IMG/VR virus record: IMGVR_UViG_3300017963_000261
Location: 7,163 to 71,162 of that record
Length of the DNA: 64,000 nt
Source: a virus
Direction: 5' to 3' (one strand)
Shown here: in pieces, positions 55,170 through 63,999 of the stretch
How positions within the stretch are numbered: the stretch's first letter is position 1
Layout: every line of letters starts with the position of its first letter
Program-made: the position numbers and the translations under genes
Notes under the pieces: generated by a model
Database searches by the model: none
What the model was told of the DNA's origin: nothing
The model's input: the letters and a program-made list of their open reading frames with translations, nothing else

Positions 55170-56103
55170 GTTCGTCCTCCCATATATCGGATGGCGCTAT
55201 GTGCGGGCCATTACTGGGATCAGTGAGCGACCTCGGCGTATCCAGCCCGCACAAGACGTTTTGCAGTGCATTGGCGAATCCGGCATGATGTGGTCGTCCG
55301 GCAGAGCGCAGCCATTGGCGGCTCTCATCAGTGGCGATGGCGCGGATGGCACGGCAGACTTGGGCAGGGTTGGCATGGACCTCCTCGGCCAGCCGTTGCA
55401 GTTCGTCCGCGAAATAGGTCTTGCGTGAGTCGGGTAGGCGTTTGTAGGGAAGTCCTATCAGGGCGCAAAATTCCGCCACTGGTTGCCCTGCCCAGTCATT
55501 TGCGCCCTCTGGCCCCGTTACCGTCCACGACTTTTTGTTCCCGATGCGTGCCCGTGCTTCCAGCCCGTGACGGATAGGGTCTACGTTACCTGATGGTATC
55601 TCTCTGTCGCCTGATGGGCCTTTGGTGGTGGTTCCTGCCCACAGGTCGGAACAGTCATCAGGGGGAAGCGCGCCTTGCGCGTCTTTTTGACGGTTAGATG
55701 ATGGTTCATTACGGTTAGTATGACACAGCTTTGTCAGGGGTCTCCCGTCAGTATTGTCGGGGGGTGTAGACACATGTGTCAGGGGTGACAAGTTGTCAGG
55801 GGTGTCCATCTTGCGCTTTTTGAGGGTCGCTATAACGTCCTCGTCGGACATCCCAACACGGACCACGTACCAATGATGTTCGCCTGTCTTGCGGATAACG
55901 TACAGTTCGCCAGCCTCTTCGAGGGCCTGCACCTTGCGGGCGACACTGCGTTCAGTCATTCGGATTTTTTGTGCCAGCGTCTTGTATCCGGGCCAGCAAA
56001 ACCCATCATCGGCGGCGTGGTCGGCCAGGGCAAGGAGGAGGAGGAGGGTGCTGCCCTTTTGTGCAGACTGGTCCCATACGCGGGTCATTATTTTGATGCT
56101 CAC
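55150..56103 (-). CDS. replication initiator with N-terminal HTH
   Basis: LLLLALADHAADDGFCWPG..TLA; contains iterons; upstream of the helicase. Confidence 0.85.
   Translation of the reverse strand: MSIKIMTRVWDQSAQKGSTLLLLLALADHAADDGFCWPGYKTLAQKIRMTERSVARKVQALEEAGELYVIRKTGEHHWYVVRVGMSDEDVIATLKKRKMDTPDNLSPLTHVSTPPDNTDGRPLTKLCHTNRNEPSSNRQKDAQGALPPDDCSDLWAGTTTKGPSGDREIPSGNVDPIRHGLEARARIGNKKSWTVTGPEGANDWAGQPVAEFCALIGLPYKRLPDSRKTYFADELQRLAEEVHANPAQVCRAIRAIATDESRQWLRSAGRPHHAGFANALQNVLCGLDTPRSLTDPSNGPHIAPSDIWEDERATTAI
55721..55806. repeat. replication-origin iterons
   Basis: TGTCAGGGGT at 55732, 55777, 55794; TGTCGGGGGG at 55755; inverted TGACA copies. Confidence 0.75.
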
Positions 56104-56159
56104 GGCTATAATCCTTTGATGTATTCTACATCGTCCCGTGTGAGTTCAAACCATTCGGC

Positions 56160-56372
56160 CTAGTTGGCCCGTAGCCACATACAAGCGAATTGAGTCTTGG
56201 GATTGTCTAAAGAGTAATGCTGCGCGATGCGGCTGGCCAACTGAGGGCCGTTCAGGGTCTCACCGAATTTGAGAAGGTAGTCCATCGTCGTGGCAATCCA
56301 TCGCGCTGTATCTCTGTCTGGATGATCGGTTTGCCAGCGTATGCCGATGTGTGTTCGTGTGAGGGTAAACAT
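56160..56372 (-). CDS. hypothetical protein
   Basis: GGAGG SD, MFTLTRTH... Confidence 0.55.
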   Translation of the reverse strand: MFTLTRTHIGIRWQTDHPDRDTARWIATTMDYLLKFGETLNGPQLASRIAQHYSLDNPKTQFACMWLRAN

Positions 56373-56410
56373 AAAACCTCCCAGTCTCTTGACTAGACGG
56401 TTCCGGGCGG

Positions 56411-56992
56411 TTAGGGAGCATTCTCCCTTGTCGCCTGCTTGAATACTATTAGTCGTCTCAAGTGCTTGTTGGATACGTGCAGGTACTCTCGCGCAACGAG
56501 GTGCTCCAGTCTCTCCAATAGCCGCTTGAGTTTTTCGATATCCTGAGCGCGATATGCTTCGCATACTTTTGTGTATAGTTTGCCGTATCGTTCGTGTCTC
56601 TTAGCCGTGCGTAACACTGCATCAGGCTCAGGCGTAATACCTGTACGCTCTTGGTGGGCCTGAGAGACGCGATTAAGGCAATCTAATAGTTCCATTAAGC
56701 GTGCCGGATAGCGGATATAATAAAGCCCTACGTTATGGGCTACGCACAAGGCCATCTTGCGCCTATCCCGGTTTTGCTGTTCCAGAAGGTCGGCGTGACT
56801 TTTGTGGAACATTGGCGAGAACTCAAAGTGTTGTCGTCCCTGCACTTCTATGCCTGTCTCTAGTTCTTCGATGTAAAAGTCCAATTCCAGTCCCTCAAGC
56901 CATTGCGGGCGATGGTTCTCCCTGATGGTGTACTGGCCCAGGTGCGTACTGAGGAGGGCGCTTACTTGGCGTTGGAGTTTGGAGGTTGCCAT
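56411..56992 (-). CDS. PD-(D/E)XK-like endonuclease
   Basis: LELDFYI...IEVQGRQHF...RDRRK. Confidence 0.8.
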   Translation of the reverse strand: MATSKLQRQVSALLSTHLGQYTIRENHRPQWLEGLELDFYIEELETGIEVQGRQHFEFSPMFHKSHADLLEQQNRDRRKMALCVAHNVGLYYIRYPARLMELLDCLNRVSQAHQERTGITPEPDAVLRTAKRHERYGKLYTKVCEAYRAQDIEKLKRLLERLEHLVAREYLHVSNKHLRRLIVFKQATRENAP

Positions 56993-57535
56993 TTACCACA
57001 GCTCCGGCTGATGCGCTAACTTGCGCTCGGCAATGCAGATAGTGTCATTGTGGCCGGGGCCGTGGCAGACAAGCAATATCTCCTCAAGCTGATACGGCGA
57101 TGGGCGGCTATTGCCCATCCCTATGCTATTCCAGCCAAAGGACAAGACGACGCCCGATGGTTCTAGCAATCTGTCTATCAGGTCGCGTTCGGGCTTCCAG
57201 TGCGTGCGGAAAGCGTCCATTTGCTGCATCTTCTGTCCGATGCCATCATAGCATTCTTTTATCTGTCGGGGTGAGTAGGGCGGGTCAAAGAGGCATATCT
57301 GGGCCCTTACGCCCTGCCGGACGAGCATTGTCAAAAAGTCGGCGGCGTCCATATGATGCTCGGCCAGCGTATCAGGGTTGAGGTCGTTTGTGTACGTGGC
57401 CCATCTCTTGTTGCGGGCGAATGGGTCAATACTTATCTCGGCCTGCCGTAGGTATCGCTTCACAAAGTCACCTATCGGCGGACAGTTGAACGTGTCTGAT
57501 GTTGGCATTGCCCATACTCTAGTCATTCGGCACAT
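56993..57535 (-). CDS. DNA adenine methyltransferase-like protein
   Basis: IDPFA; FDPPY; CHGPGHNDTI. Confidence 0.75.
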   Translation of the reverse strand: MCRMTRVWAMPTSDTFNCPPIGDFVKRYLRQAEISIDPFARNKRWATYTNDLNPDTLAEHHMDAADFLTMLVRQGVRAQICLFDPPYSPRQIKECYDGIGQKMQQMDAFRTHWKPERDLIDRLLEPSGVVLSFGWNSIGMGNSRPSPYQLEEILLVCHGPGHNDTICIAERKLAHQPELW

Positions 57536-57547
57536 AAAGGTTCCTCA

Positions 57548-57697
57548 AAACATAACACCCGCTTTTGGTTGTCTTGTGCCTTACGCATCCCCGGAGTCAC
57601 AAAGGGAAGGCCCAAGACACCCAAAAACGGGCGTCGGTCGTGACTCCTGGCTAGCTATAGCCCTGCGTAAGGCTTTTGTCGGCGCGTCCTCGCGTCT
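57548..57697 (-). ncRNA. structured leader with crossing helices (C4/CI-RNA-like)
   Basis: Three complementary pairs in the order a-b-c-b'-a'-c'. Confidence 0.6.
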
Positions 57698-57702
57698 CTA
57701 AC

Positions 57703-57731
57703 ATTGTACTACATTTCCTCGGGTTTGTCAA
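57703..57731 (-). promoter_or_regulatory. sigma70 promoter
   Basis: TTGACA-N17-TACAAT. Confidence 0.8.
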
Positions 57732-58035
57732 GGGCTGCGCGTGCCAGTTGTGCGATGTATTCCCTATGCGAGACAGCCACCATCGGGCTGATGAGTCGTG
57801 CGCCCAAGAGGCTATCTACGACAGTTTGAGCCTGCCCCGGCGTGATGCGCCCGCGCCGAACATCCTTCCACACATCGTCCCATCTGCCCGTGACGGCAGA
57901 GAGAACGGCCATCTGGTAGCAGCGGCCTACACGGGCCGCATTCTCGATGAGGCGGTTGGCTACAAGGTGATTGAGTTCGCGCTGCATTTGTTCTTTGACT
58001 TCCAGGTCGGCATATGGTTCGTATTCTTCCATCAT
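57709..58035 (-). CDS. hypothetical protein
   Basis: AAGGAG SD, coupled. Confidence 0.6.
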   Translation of the reverse strand: MMEEYEPYADLEVKEQMQRELNHLVANRLIENAARVGRCYQMAVLSAVTGRWDDVWKDVRRGRITPGQAQTVVDSLLGARLISPMVAVSHREYIAQLARAALDKPEEM

Positions 58036-58388
58036 CTCTCCTTTGCTTCAAGGGCTGGGGGCAAGTCCGGCAGTGGCATCCAATGTGTCACTTCCCAATG
58101 ATCCTTGAGCTTGCCCCACTGGGTACGCCACTCCTGGCGGTAGTCATCCCAACACACGAGGCGCACAGAGGGGCGCTTGTGTGGCTCGTTCCACTCGATA
58201 ACGCCTAGTAGCCAGTTGTCGGAAGGAATATCTCTACCCTCGGTAACTCGTGTCCATCCGGTTACCGGTGCGTCTTGCTTGTCTACTCGCTCAATCGTGC
58301 TGTGGCACTCGCGGCACTTGGTACTATTGCGGTAGCGCCGTTCAACGTGTCCACACTTGGGGCAGCGATAGTCGTAGTGTGTTGGCAT
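58032..58388 (-). CDS. zinc ribbon plus DUF551 protein
   Basis: YDYRCPKCG...CREC; VTHWMPLP. Confidence 0.75.
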   Translation of the reverse strand: MPTHYDYRCPKCGHVERRYRNSTKCRECHSTIERVDKQDAPVTGWTRVTEGRDIPSDNWLLGVIEWNEPHKRPSVRLVCWDDYRQEWRTQWGKLKDHWEVTHWMPLPDLPPALEAKER

Positions 58389-58396
58389 CAGTCTCT

Positions 58397-59194
58397 CCTT
58401 TGCGGCCCGTGGGGGCCTACTCCAAGTCCCGCCGTAATTGGCTGTCAAGAGTGAGTTGCTGCGGTTCGGGCGTGAATAGCGGGTACATATCCCGTACCCG
58501 TTGACGCGCTTGCCCTGCCGTCTGTGGCATCAGTTCAAAGCCTATCCATCGGCGACCCGTGGCTTTTGCAGCAACGGCAGTGGTACCACTGCCCATAAAG
58601 AAATCAGCCACCACGCCACCCTCTGGACAAAAGTTCTCTATGATGTAGACGATTGTGTCTAGAGGGCGTGGGCAAGCGTGGAATCCTGCTTCATTTGCCC
58701 CTCGGTTATTAGTGTTTGCTGTATTGCCAACGTGCCAATCTCTGCCCTTCTCGTCTTTCAAGTATTGTCCAGGCGTTTGCCAAAAGATAACTGGGTCATA
58801 GGCAAACTGAACGGGAGTTGGCCTCATTTGCACAAAGTTCTTGCACGCTGCAAATATCCGACTTCCCTCTGGGAAGAGTGGCCAAATGTCGTGCAGCCTC
58901 AGCTGCGTGACATAGACAAAGCAGAGTCCCCCCGGCTTGGCGATGCGTGTGCTCTCGGCAACAGTCCAGCGAATGAGGTCGGGATAGCCAGCAGGGTCGT
59001 CCTTATAGCCGTTCTTGTACTTGTAGCGTATGCCGAACGGTGGGTCGTGTAGCGCCAGGTCCACCGACTCATCAGGTATCTCCCGCGCCAACTCCCGCGC
59101 ATCGCCTGTGTATATCCCGTTCTCTGGTGTGTCGTTTGGGCCTAGTTCGTATGGGCCAAGTTTCATTGTGTCCCTTTGCGGCCCGTGGGGGCCT
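58397..59194. repeat. 22-bp direct repeats flanking the methyltransferase gene
   Basis: CCTTTGCGGCCCGTGGGGGCCT at 58397-58418 and 59173-59194. Confidence 0.85.
58417..59166 (-). CDS. N6-adenine/N4-cytosine DNA methyltransferase (beta class)
   Basis: DPPF before DFFMGSGTT; RRWIGFEL. Confidence 0.9.
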   Translation of the reverse strand: MKLGPYELGPNDTPENGIYTGDARELAREIPDESVDLALHDPPFGIRYKYKNGYKDDPAGYPDLIRWTVAESTRIAKPGGLCFVYVTQLRLHDIWPLFPEGSRIFAACKNFVQMRPTPVQFAYDPVIFWQTPGQYLKDEKGRDWHVGNTANTNNRGANEAGFHACPRPLDTIVYIIENFCPEGGVVADFFMGSGTTAVAAKATGRRWIGFELMPQTAGQARQRVRDMYPLFTPEPQQLTLDSQLRRDLE

Positions 59195-59242
59195 GGCTAG
59201 AGCCTCTACCGCTGGAGCCAGACCCACCACGGTCCTAAACAC

Positions 59243-59563
59243 TCAGCCAGTCGGGCGTGGTGGTTCCGGCACCTTGTTAACCTGCCCCTGGCTGGTTGCC
59301 TCCTTCCACTCCCGCCACGCTGCCAACTCTGCGTGATGGCGGCGGCGAATGGCATCGGCCCACGTCGGGAACTTGTCCCACCCATCTGCCGGGTTGAACC
59401 GGGGCACCGCATCTCGTTCGGCACTGGTGTGATCCTGGATGTAGTCGAATAGCCCCGGCTGTCGCCTGAAGTTGTAGCGCATCAGCAGCCGTTCTTGGTT
59501 CTCCTCTACTGTCAGTTCCGGCTCTGTGCAGAACTCGCGCCAGTTTGCTCGCGTGATTTGCAT
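59243..59563 (-). CDS. hypothetical protein
   Basis: AGGAG SD. Confidence 0.6.
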   Translation of the reverse strand: MQITRANWREFCTEPELTVEENQERLLMRYNFRRQPGLFDYIQDHTSAERDAVPRFNPADGWDKFPTWADAIRRRHHAELAAWREWKEATSQGQVNKVPEPPRPTG

Positions 59564-59685
59564 TCTAGTCTCCTGTACGCTGCATTCACCCGTTTCGAGT
59601 GCAGCCTGAACGTGATGCGGGCGAACTCGTCAATGTCGCCGCGCTTGTAGGCGGCGCGCTGTTGGGTGCGAAGATTGGTGGTCAT
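59512..59685 (-). CDS. small basic protein downstream of structured leader
   Basis: AAGGGACACGATG start. Confidence 0.5.
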   Translation of the reverse strand: MTTNLRTQQRAAYKRGDIDEFARITFRLHSKRVNAAYRRLECKSREQTGASSAQSRN

Positions 59686-59699
59686 CGTGTCCCTTCTAT

Positions 59700-59950
59700 G
59701 CAAAAAGCCTTTCGTCTCTTGATCTGACAGCTTGGCGCGGCGAATGCAGTTTTTAGACAGATGAGGGGTTGACGGTTCCCCAACAGTCACCAAACTGCCA
59801 GATCAAAAGCCAAAAGGCTTTTAGTGTCTGCATTCGCCTAGTTGTTAAAGGCTGTAGGCCGTCACCCTACTGCCTGTTGTTCGCTCAGAGGCGGCTACCA
59901 CGACCGCCTCTGATAACAAATCCATATAGGAGATGGTCTCCCATACCACA
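59700..59950 (-). ncRNA. structured leader with crossing helices and loop-loop complementarity
   Basis: Several hairpins; a-c-a'-c' pairs; TGACGG/CCGTCA loops. Confidence 0.6.
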
Positions 59951-59955
59951 CACTC

Positions 59956-59984
59956 ATTATAACCGATTTCTCCGCGTTTGTCAA
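59956..59984 (-). promoter_or_regulatory. consensus sigma70 promoter
   Basis: TTGACA-N17-TATAAT. Confidence 0.88.
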
Positions 59985-60056
59985 GGGTTTTGGGCATCAG
60001 TTTGCCAAACTCGCCACCACCCCGCCAGCGTAGGGGCGGACGGGGGATGGTGGGGG

Positions 60057-60206
60057 CTAGGCTGTTTCTTGAACTAGGCGTAATAGCAGTTCATAATATT
60101 GTTGATTTTGCTTATCTTCCAAGAATGCGGCGGCGAGTTCTTCTGGTCGGATTTCGAGTGCCCTGCAAACAGCGATGAGTAACCTCAATACAGCTTCGAT
60201 TGACAT
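60057..60206 (-). CDS. small hypothetical protein (MSIEAVLRLL..., 49 aa)
   Basis: Read manually; AAGGA SD. Confidence 0.5.
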   Translation of the reverse strand: MSIEAVLRLLIAVCRALEIRPEELAAAFLEDKQNQQYYELLLRLVQETA

Positions 60207-60239
60207 TTGTCTGTCCTTTCTTGTCCCGGCGGGACGTTG

Positions 60240-60920
60240 TTATAATGTTATCCACTTGTACAGCCGTGCAAACTTGTCTAATGGCCCACGGTCGCCGGTC
60301 GTATAGAACTCTTGCACGGCGTCCAACAGGTCGTTGAATCGTTCCAGCACCTCGTCTCCGTGCGCGCCGCAAAACTGGTTAGGACATTCTGACCAGTGCA
60401 GTTTGTCCCGTCGCCATCCGTTCTCACCGCAGATAGGACAGGGTATCGGGCGCGGTGGTGGCGCTTGGGACCGTGGTGGCTCTCTGAGTTGGGCGCGCAC
60501 GGCTTCTCGGAGTTCGTCAGAGTTGGCGAACTTACCCGCCTCCAGCTTATCCAGCATTGCCGGTTGTTGTTCTGGTGGCAGTCGGGCCAGTTCCCGATCA
60601 TAGCTGTACTTGATGCCGGGGCGCTGGTGTTCCGGGGGCAGGCGAGCATACACGCTTTTATACTGGTACAGCGCCGACCGAGAACGGTCCATCGCTTCCA
60701 TCAGTCCGGTGATATAGTCGGCTTGCCATCGTCTCTCGCCATAGGCCAGCAAGTTGCCGATGGTACGTTGCAGTGTATCCTTGACGCGGCATAGATCATA
60801 CAATGCCTGCTCAAAGTCGGCTTGGGTCGGCTGGCCGTGGACCTCTAGCGCGCCGCTTGTGTGGATATGGAAGAACTCACGCCAAGGGGCGGTAGCTGCG
60901 ATGGTGATGGCGTCAGTCAT
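60240..60920 (-). CDS. LmbU-like DNA-binding protein with zinc ribbon
   Basis: IGNLLAYGERRW...SVYAR; CPIC...CPNQFC. Confidence 0.6.
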   Translation of the reverse strand: MTDAITIAATAPWREFFHIHTSGALEVHGQPTQADFEQALYDLCRVKDTLQRTIGNLLAYGERRWQADYITGLMEAMDRSRSALYQYKSVYARLPPEHQRPGIKYSYDRELARLPPEQQPAMLDKLEAGKFANSDELREAVRAQLREPPRSQAPPPRPIPCPICGENGWRRDKLHWSECPNQFCGAHGDEVLERFNDLLDAVQEFYTTGDRGPLDKFARLYKWITL

Positions 60921-61269
60921 CCAGTTGCCGCCCTAGTTCGTCCAGACGCGACCAGTCGCGCTCTACAAGATGGGCGGGCGGGCCTTCGCGCTCACACTCG
61001 CACACCAGGTCAGGCCACAGTCCACCGCAGATAGGACAATGTTTCTCCAGTTGCCGCGCCTCTATCTCGGCATCAATATCGACGGGGCGCTGCAAGGCAA
61101 TGAGTGCGTCCAGGCGCTCTACGATGGCTTGCATCGCCTCGGCCTGGGCGATGGCAGCGGCGGCTTGGGCCATTTGCGCCCGGCATTGTACCTGCTCAAA
61201 CTCGTCACTAAACTGATACTTGTCGTATGCGTGCTTTTGGTGGTTTTTGGCTGCTTCCAAGTAGTCCAT
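60913..61269 (-). CDS. hypothetical protein
   Basis: AGGAG SD; CPICGG...CEC. Confidence 0.55.
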   Translation of the reverse strand: MDYLEAAKNHQKHAYDKYQFSDEFEQVQCRAQMAQAAAAIAQAEAMQAIVERLDALIALQRPVDIDAEIEARQLEKHCPICGGLWPDLVCECEREGPPAHLVERDWSRLDELGRQLDD

Positions 61270-61274
61270 TGGTG

Positions 61275-61523
61275 TCACTCTCCTAGTTCTAGCGCCAACT
61301 GTCGCGGCGCTGGTTCTGTTGTCGGGCCTTTGGACGTATGCCCATTGTGCCCGTTCCATACGTTCTCTTGTCGGACGTGTTCGGGCTTCTCCAGGCACGT
61401 CCACCTATGCCCCGGCATCCACTTGAGCCACGTATCGCGCCCGCATCCCCAACAATACGTCCGTCGGTAGAGGGGCCTGATGTCGGAGATGGAGGGGCGG
61501 CGAATGAGAATTTTGTCAGTCAC
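61275..61523 (-). CDS. hypothetical protein
   Basis: GTGA coupling; CWGC. Confidence 0.5.
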   Translation of the reverse strand: MTDKILIRRPSISDIRPLYRRTYCWGCGRDTWLKWMPGHRWTCLEKPEHVRQENVWNGHNGHTSKGPTTEPAPRQLALELGE

Positions 61524-61828
61524 CGCAACCGCCCGTACCATCTCAAGATGGTTTCCCAGTCTCGCGCCTCCAAGACAGCGCCCTCGTGCAAGGCCATAAA
61601 AGCACGCTGCACTTCTGTTAGCTTGCCCTCTGCCGTCTTTATCTCCCACAGCATCCACATAGGCAGGCTATGGGCTAGACTATATCCCCAGGTGAACACG
61701 TCGCCTACGGCAAGGTGCTGGCTCACGTCTAGTACCAGGGGCAGTCCAGCGGCGCGAACGCCCTGGACTATCTCGCCCTGGTTGGCGTCGGGATGGGCAG
61801 AGTAACGGGGGCGTCTAGGCATCGGCAT
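61520..61828 (-). CDS. VRR-NUC-like nuclease / Holliday junction resolvase
   Basis: DANQGEIV...G..V.D.S...EIKT..GKLT..Q..F. Confidence 0.75.
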   Translation of the reverse strand: MPMPRRPRYSAHPDANQGEIVQGVRAAGLPLVLDVSQHLAVGDVFTWGYSLAHSLPMWMLWEIKTAEGKLTEVQRAFMALHEGAVLEARDWETILRWYGRLR

Positions 61829-62022
61829 TCTCTGGATACGGTTCCCCATTACGTCCGAAGCGGTTGCCCCGGAACCATAGACGTGATTCAGTTGTGCCGG
61901 GACGGTAGGGATTATCGCGGATACTGGTCTTGCCCTGTTTCCCAGCCTCATAGCCTGCCCTGGTAGCCGCTTTGGCGGCTTCTATGCCACCGTATGCTGC
62001 GGAGTTACACGACCGTTGTCTA

Positions 62023-62232
62023 CTACTCAATGCCCAGCGCCTCCTTTGCCTTCTCCAATGCCGCAATGAGGCCAGGGAGTTCGTCGGGGGTAAGCCAAAT
62101 GTACTCGCCCTGCCAATCGGTGATGCCTATCGTCATTATTTCATCACCAGGCGCGATGATAACAGTACAACCAGAAGAGCCGTGTATGTCTATCTCGCGG
62201 TAGTTCGGGCGTGTGATTATGGTGTTAGGCAT
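62023..62232 (-). CDS. hypothetical protein
   Basis: ORF with SD. Confidence 0.55.
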   Translation of the reverse strand: MPNTIITRPNYREIDIHGSSGCTVIIAPGDEIMTIGITDWQGEYIWLTPDELPGLIAALEKAKEALGIE

Positions 62233-62425
62233 TGTCCCCCTCCACCTTGGCGATGGCGTCGCGCAAGCGGGATTCTAGCTTGCACGACAATCGGTCATAG
62301 CGTTGATACTGGCGGGACCAAAAATCTTGTTTGACGGAGATGCCGTGAGATGGCCCATTGCTTCGGCAGATTTCACGCATCCTGGTTGCTTTCACATATG
62401 CGCTGAACAAAGTTGATGTGTTCAT
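62225..62425 (-). CDS. hypothetical protein
   Basis: AGGAG SD. Confidence 0.55.
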   Translation of the reverse strand: MNTSTLFSAYVKATRMREICRSNGPSHGISVKQDFWSRQYQRYDRLSCKLESRLRDAIAKVEGDNA

Positions 62426-62546
62426 AGTGTTCTCCTATCTGGTCAAGGCAGGGATGACAACGGCCCACACCCAAATGGTGTATGCTGTCCCTGCCACGAT
62501 GAGAACGGTCAATATGATACTGAGAATCCAGTCGAGCCTTTTCACA

Positions 62547-62906
62547 TCATCTCTCCAAAGTCGGCACGGTCGCCGTTGTTGGCCCGCGCACTTGTACGCG
62601 GATACCTCGGCCTACCGTGTCCCATAATACCGCTGTCGGGTAGTCTATCTCTAACCCGATGCGGTTCCGCTCCATCCACTCTGCGGTTCCATCGCCAGGG
62701 CGGGCGCAGTCGGCCACCAGTCGCTTATGCCAGTTCTCATCACCTACCCGGCGAATCCACCAGTAGTGCCCTACCTGGTTGCAGTCCATCACGGCGATAG
62801 CGGGTTGCTGTGCATAGCCCCGGTGTGCCAGTGTGGCCTCCATCGTGCCGGGGCTGTACTGCGATGCCCACACGGACAGCCACATCGCCAATAGGTGACG
62901 GGTCAT
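62547..62906 (-). CDS. putative double-psi beta-barrel (RlpA/3D-like) protein
   Basis: WASQYSPG...AIAV..C..VG...LVADC...EID. Confidence 0.5.
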   Translation of the reverse strand: MTRHLLAMWLSVWASQYSPGTMEATLAHRGYAQQPAIAVMDCNQVGHYWWIRRVGDENWHKRLVADCARPGDGTAEWMERNRIGLEIDYPTAVLWDTVGRGIRVQVRGPTTATVPTLER

Positions 62907-63151
62907 TGTGACTGTGCCTTATGCGCCTTGATGGCGCGCACCAGGGGGCGCAAGTCCTGCTCCATCTGGAGGCCGACGACCAACACAAAGCCATAGTCGT
63001 GGTCGGCATATGCCTGCTGTACCATCTTGGCGACCAGTCGGCAGATACCGTCTGCGTTGTAGGGTTGCCTGAGTGCATAAGCGGCGCGTGCCTGCCACAA
63101 GTCATTTAGGCATTGCTGTCGGCTCAGTGGTTCGGCCATCGTGTTCTCCAT
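62903..63151 (-). CDS. hypothetical protein
   Basis: ORF, coupled. Confidence 0.55.
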   Translation of the reverse strand: MENTMAEPLSRQQCLNDLWQARAAYALRQPYNADGICRLVAKMVQQAYADHDYGFVLVVGLQMEQDLRPLVRAIKAHKAQSQ

Positions 63152-63220
63152 TGGTCCGCCCCCTCGCCGTCCAATCGCGCCAACCAGGGCGCGTCACGGT
63201 AGAGAGAGCGGGCGGGTGTG

Positions 63221-63457
63221 CTAGGTCTGGTAGACAACGCGGTCAGGGCAGACGTGTTCGTGGATGCCGTCATCGCCTATCGCATTGATCCATACCTCTC
63301 GCGTTGCGCCGCATTTGCGGCACTTGTCAAAACGTGGCTCATCGGGATATGAGTGCGGCTGTGGCTCTATTTTGGTGCTATAGCCTTCGGCCTTGGGATG
63401 AAACCTGAACGTCTCACCTGCGCTCAAATCTTGGAACGTTACTAAAGTTATATCCAT
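63221..63457 (-). CDS. hypothetical protein
   Basis: AAGGAG SD; FQDLSAGETF. Confidence 0.55.
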   Translation of the reverse strand: MDITLVTFQDLSAGETFRFHPKAEGYSTKIEPQPHSYPDEPRFDKCRKCGATREVWINAIGDDGIHEHVCPDRVVYQT

Positions 63458-63598
63458 CAGTGTTCTCCTTTGCTCCCCATCACCTGAGCTTGTGCTCTTA
63501 TCCCGGTCCACGAGTGATGGAGACTTTGCCGGGATTGGGGGGTACGGTGTCCCCCGCTGCCATTACGCAGCCGCTTGCATTGTCAATCCTCCTCAATG

Positions 63599-63811
63599 CT
63601 AGGTCCGTGACGCTGACCATCCCACGAACCGGGTCAGGTACGGGCGGATATAAAACGTTCCCTCATGGTTGGCATCGTAAACGGCAGTCTGTAGCCGTTC
63701 GATACTCTTGTCGGTCGGACGGTAGACGTGGAACTTGTCGTCACGCCTGATGGTGGCCGTGGCGATGCCAGCCCCGTTTACATACAGGTCGATTCTGGTT
63801 ATCTTGGTCAT
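63599..63811 (-). CDS. hypothetical protein
   Basis: Coupled ORF. Confidence 0.55.
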   Translation of the reverse strand: MTKITRIDLYVNGAGIATATIRRDDKFHVYRPTDKSIERLQTAVYDANHEGTFYIRPYLTRFVGWSASRT

Positions 63812-63999
63812 CTGCCCTCTCCCATATACTCATAGTCGCGTTCCTCGCGCTCGTATGAGTACCAGTCGCCTTCTGTGACCTCGGTCAGTTCGCTGTCTAC
63901 CTCGGTCCAGTCATCTTCACTGACGCCCGCGATATGCCAAGTATCAGGTGTTTTGTGGTCCTCGACAAAGGTCACATCGTAGCCGTATGCGTGAAGCAA
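63808..63999 (-). CDS. acidic hypothetical protein (5' partial)
   Basis: Frame open from the window end. Confidence 0.5.
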   Translation of the reverse strand: MLHAYGYDVTFVEDHKTPDTWHIAGVSEDDWTEVDSELTEVTEGDWYSYEREERDYEYMGEGR

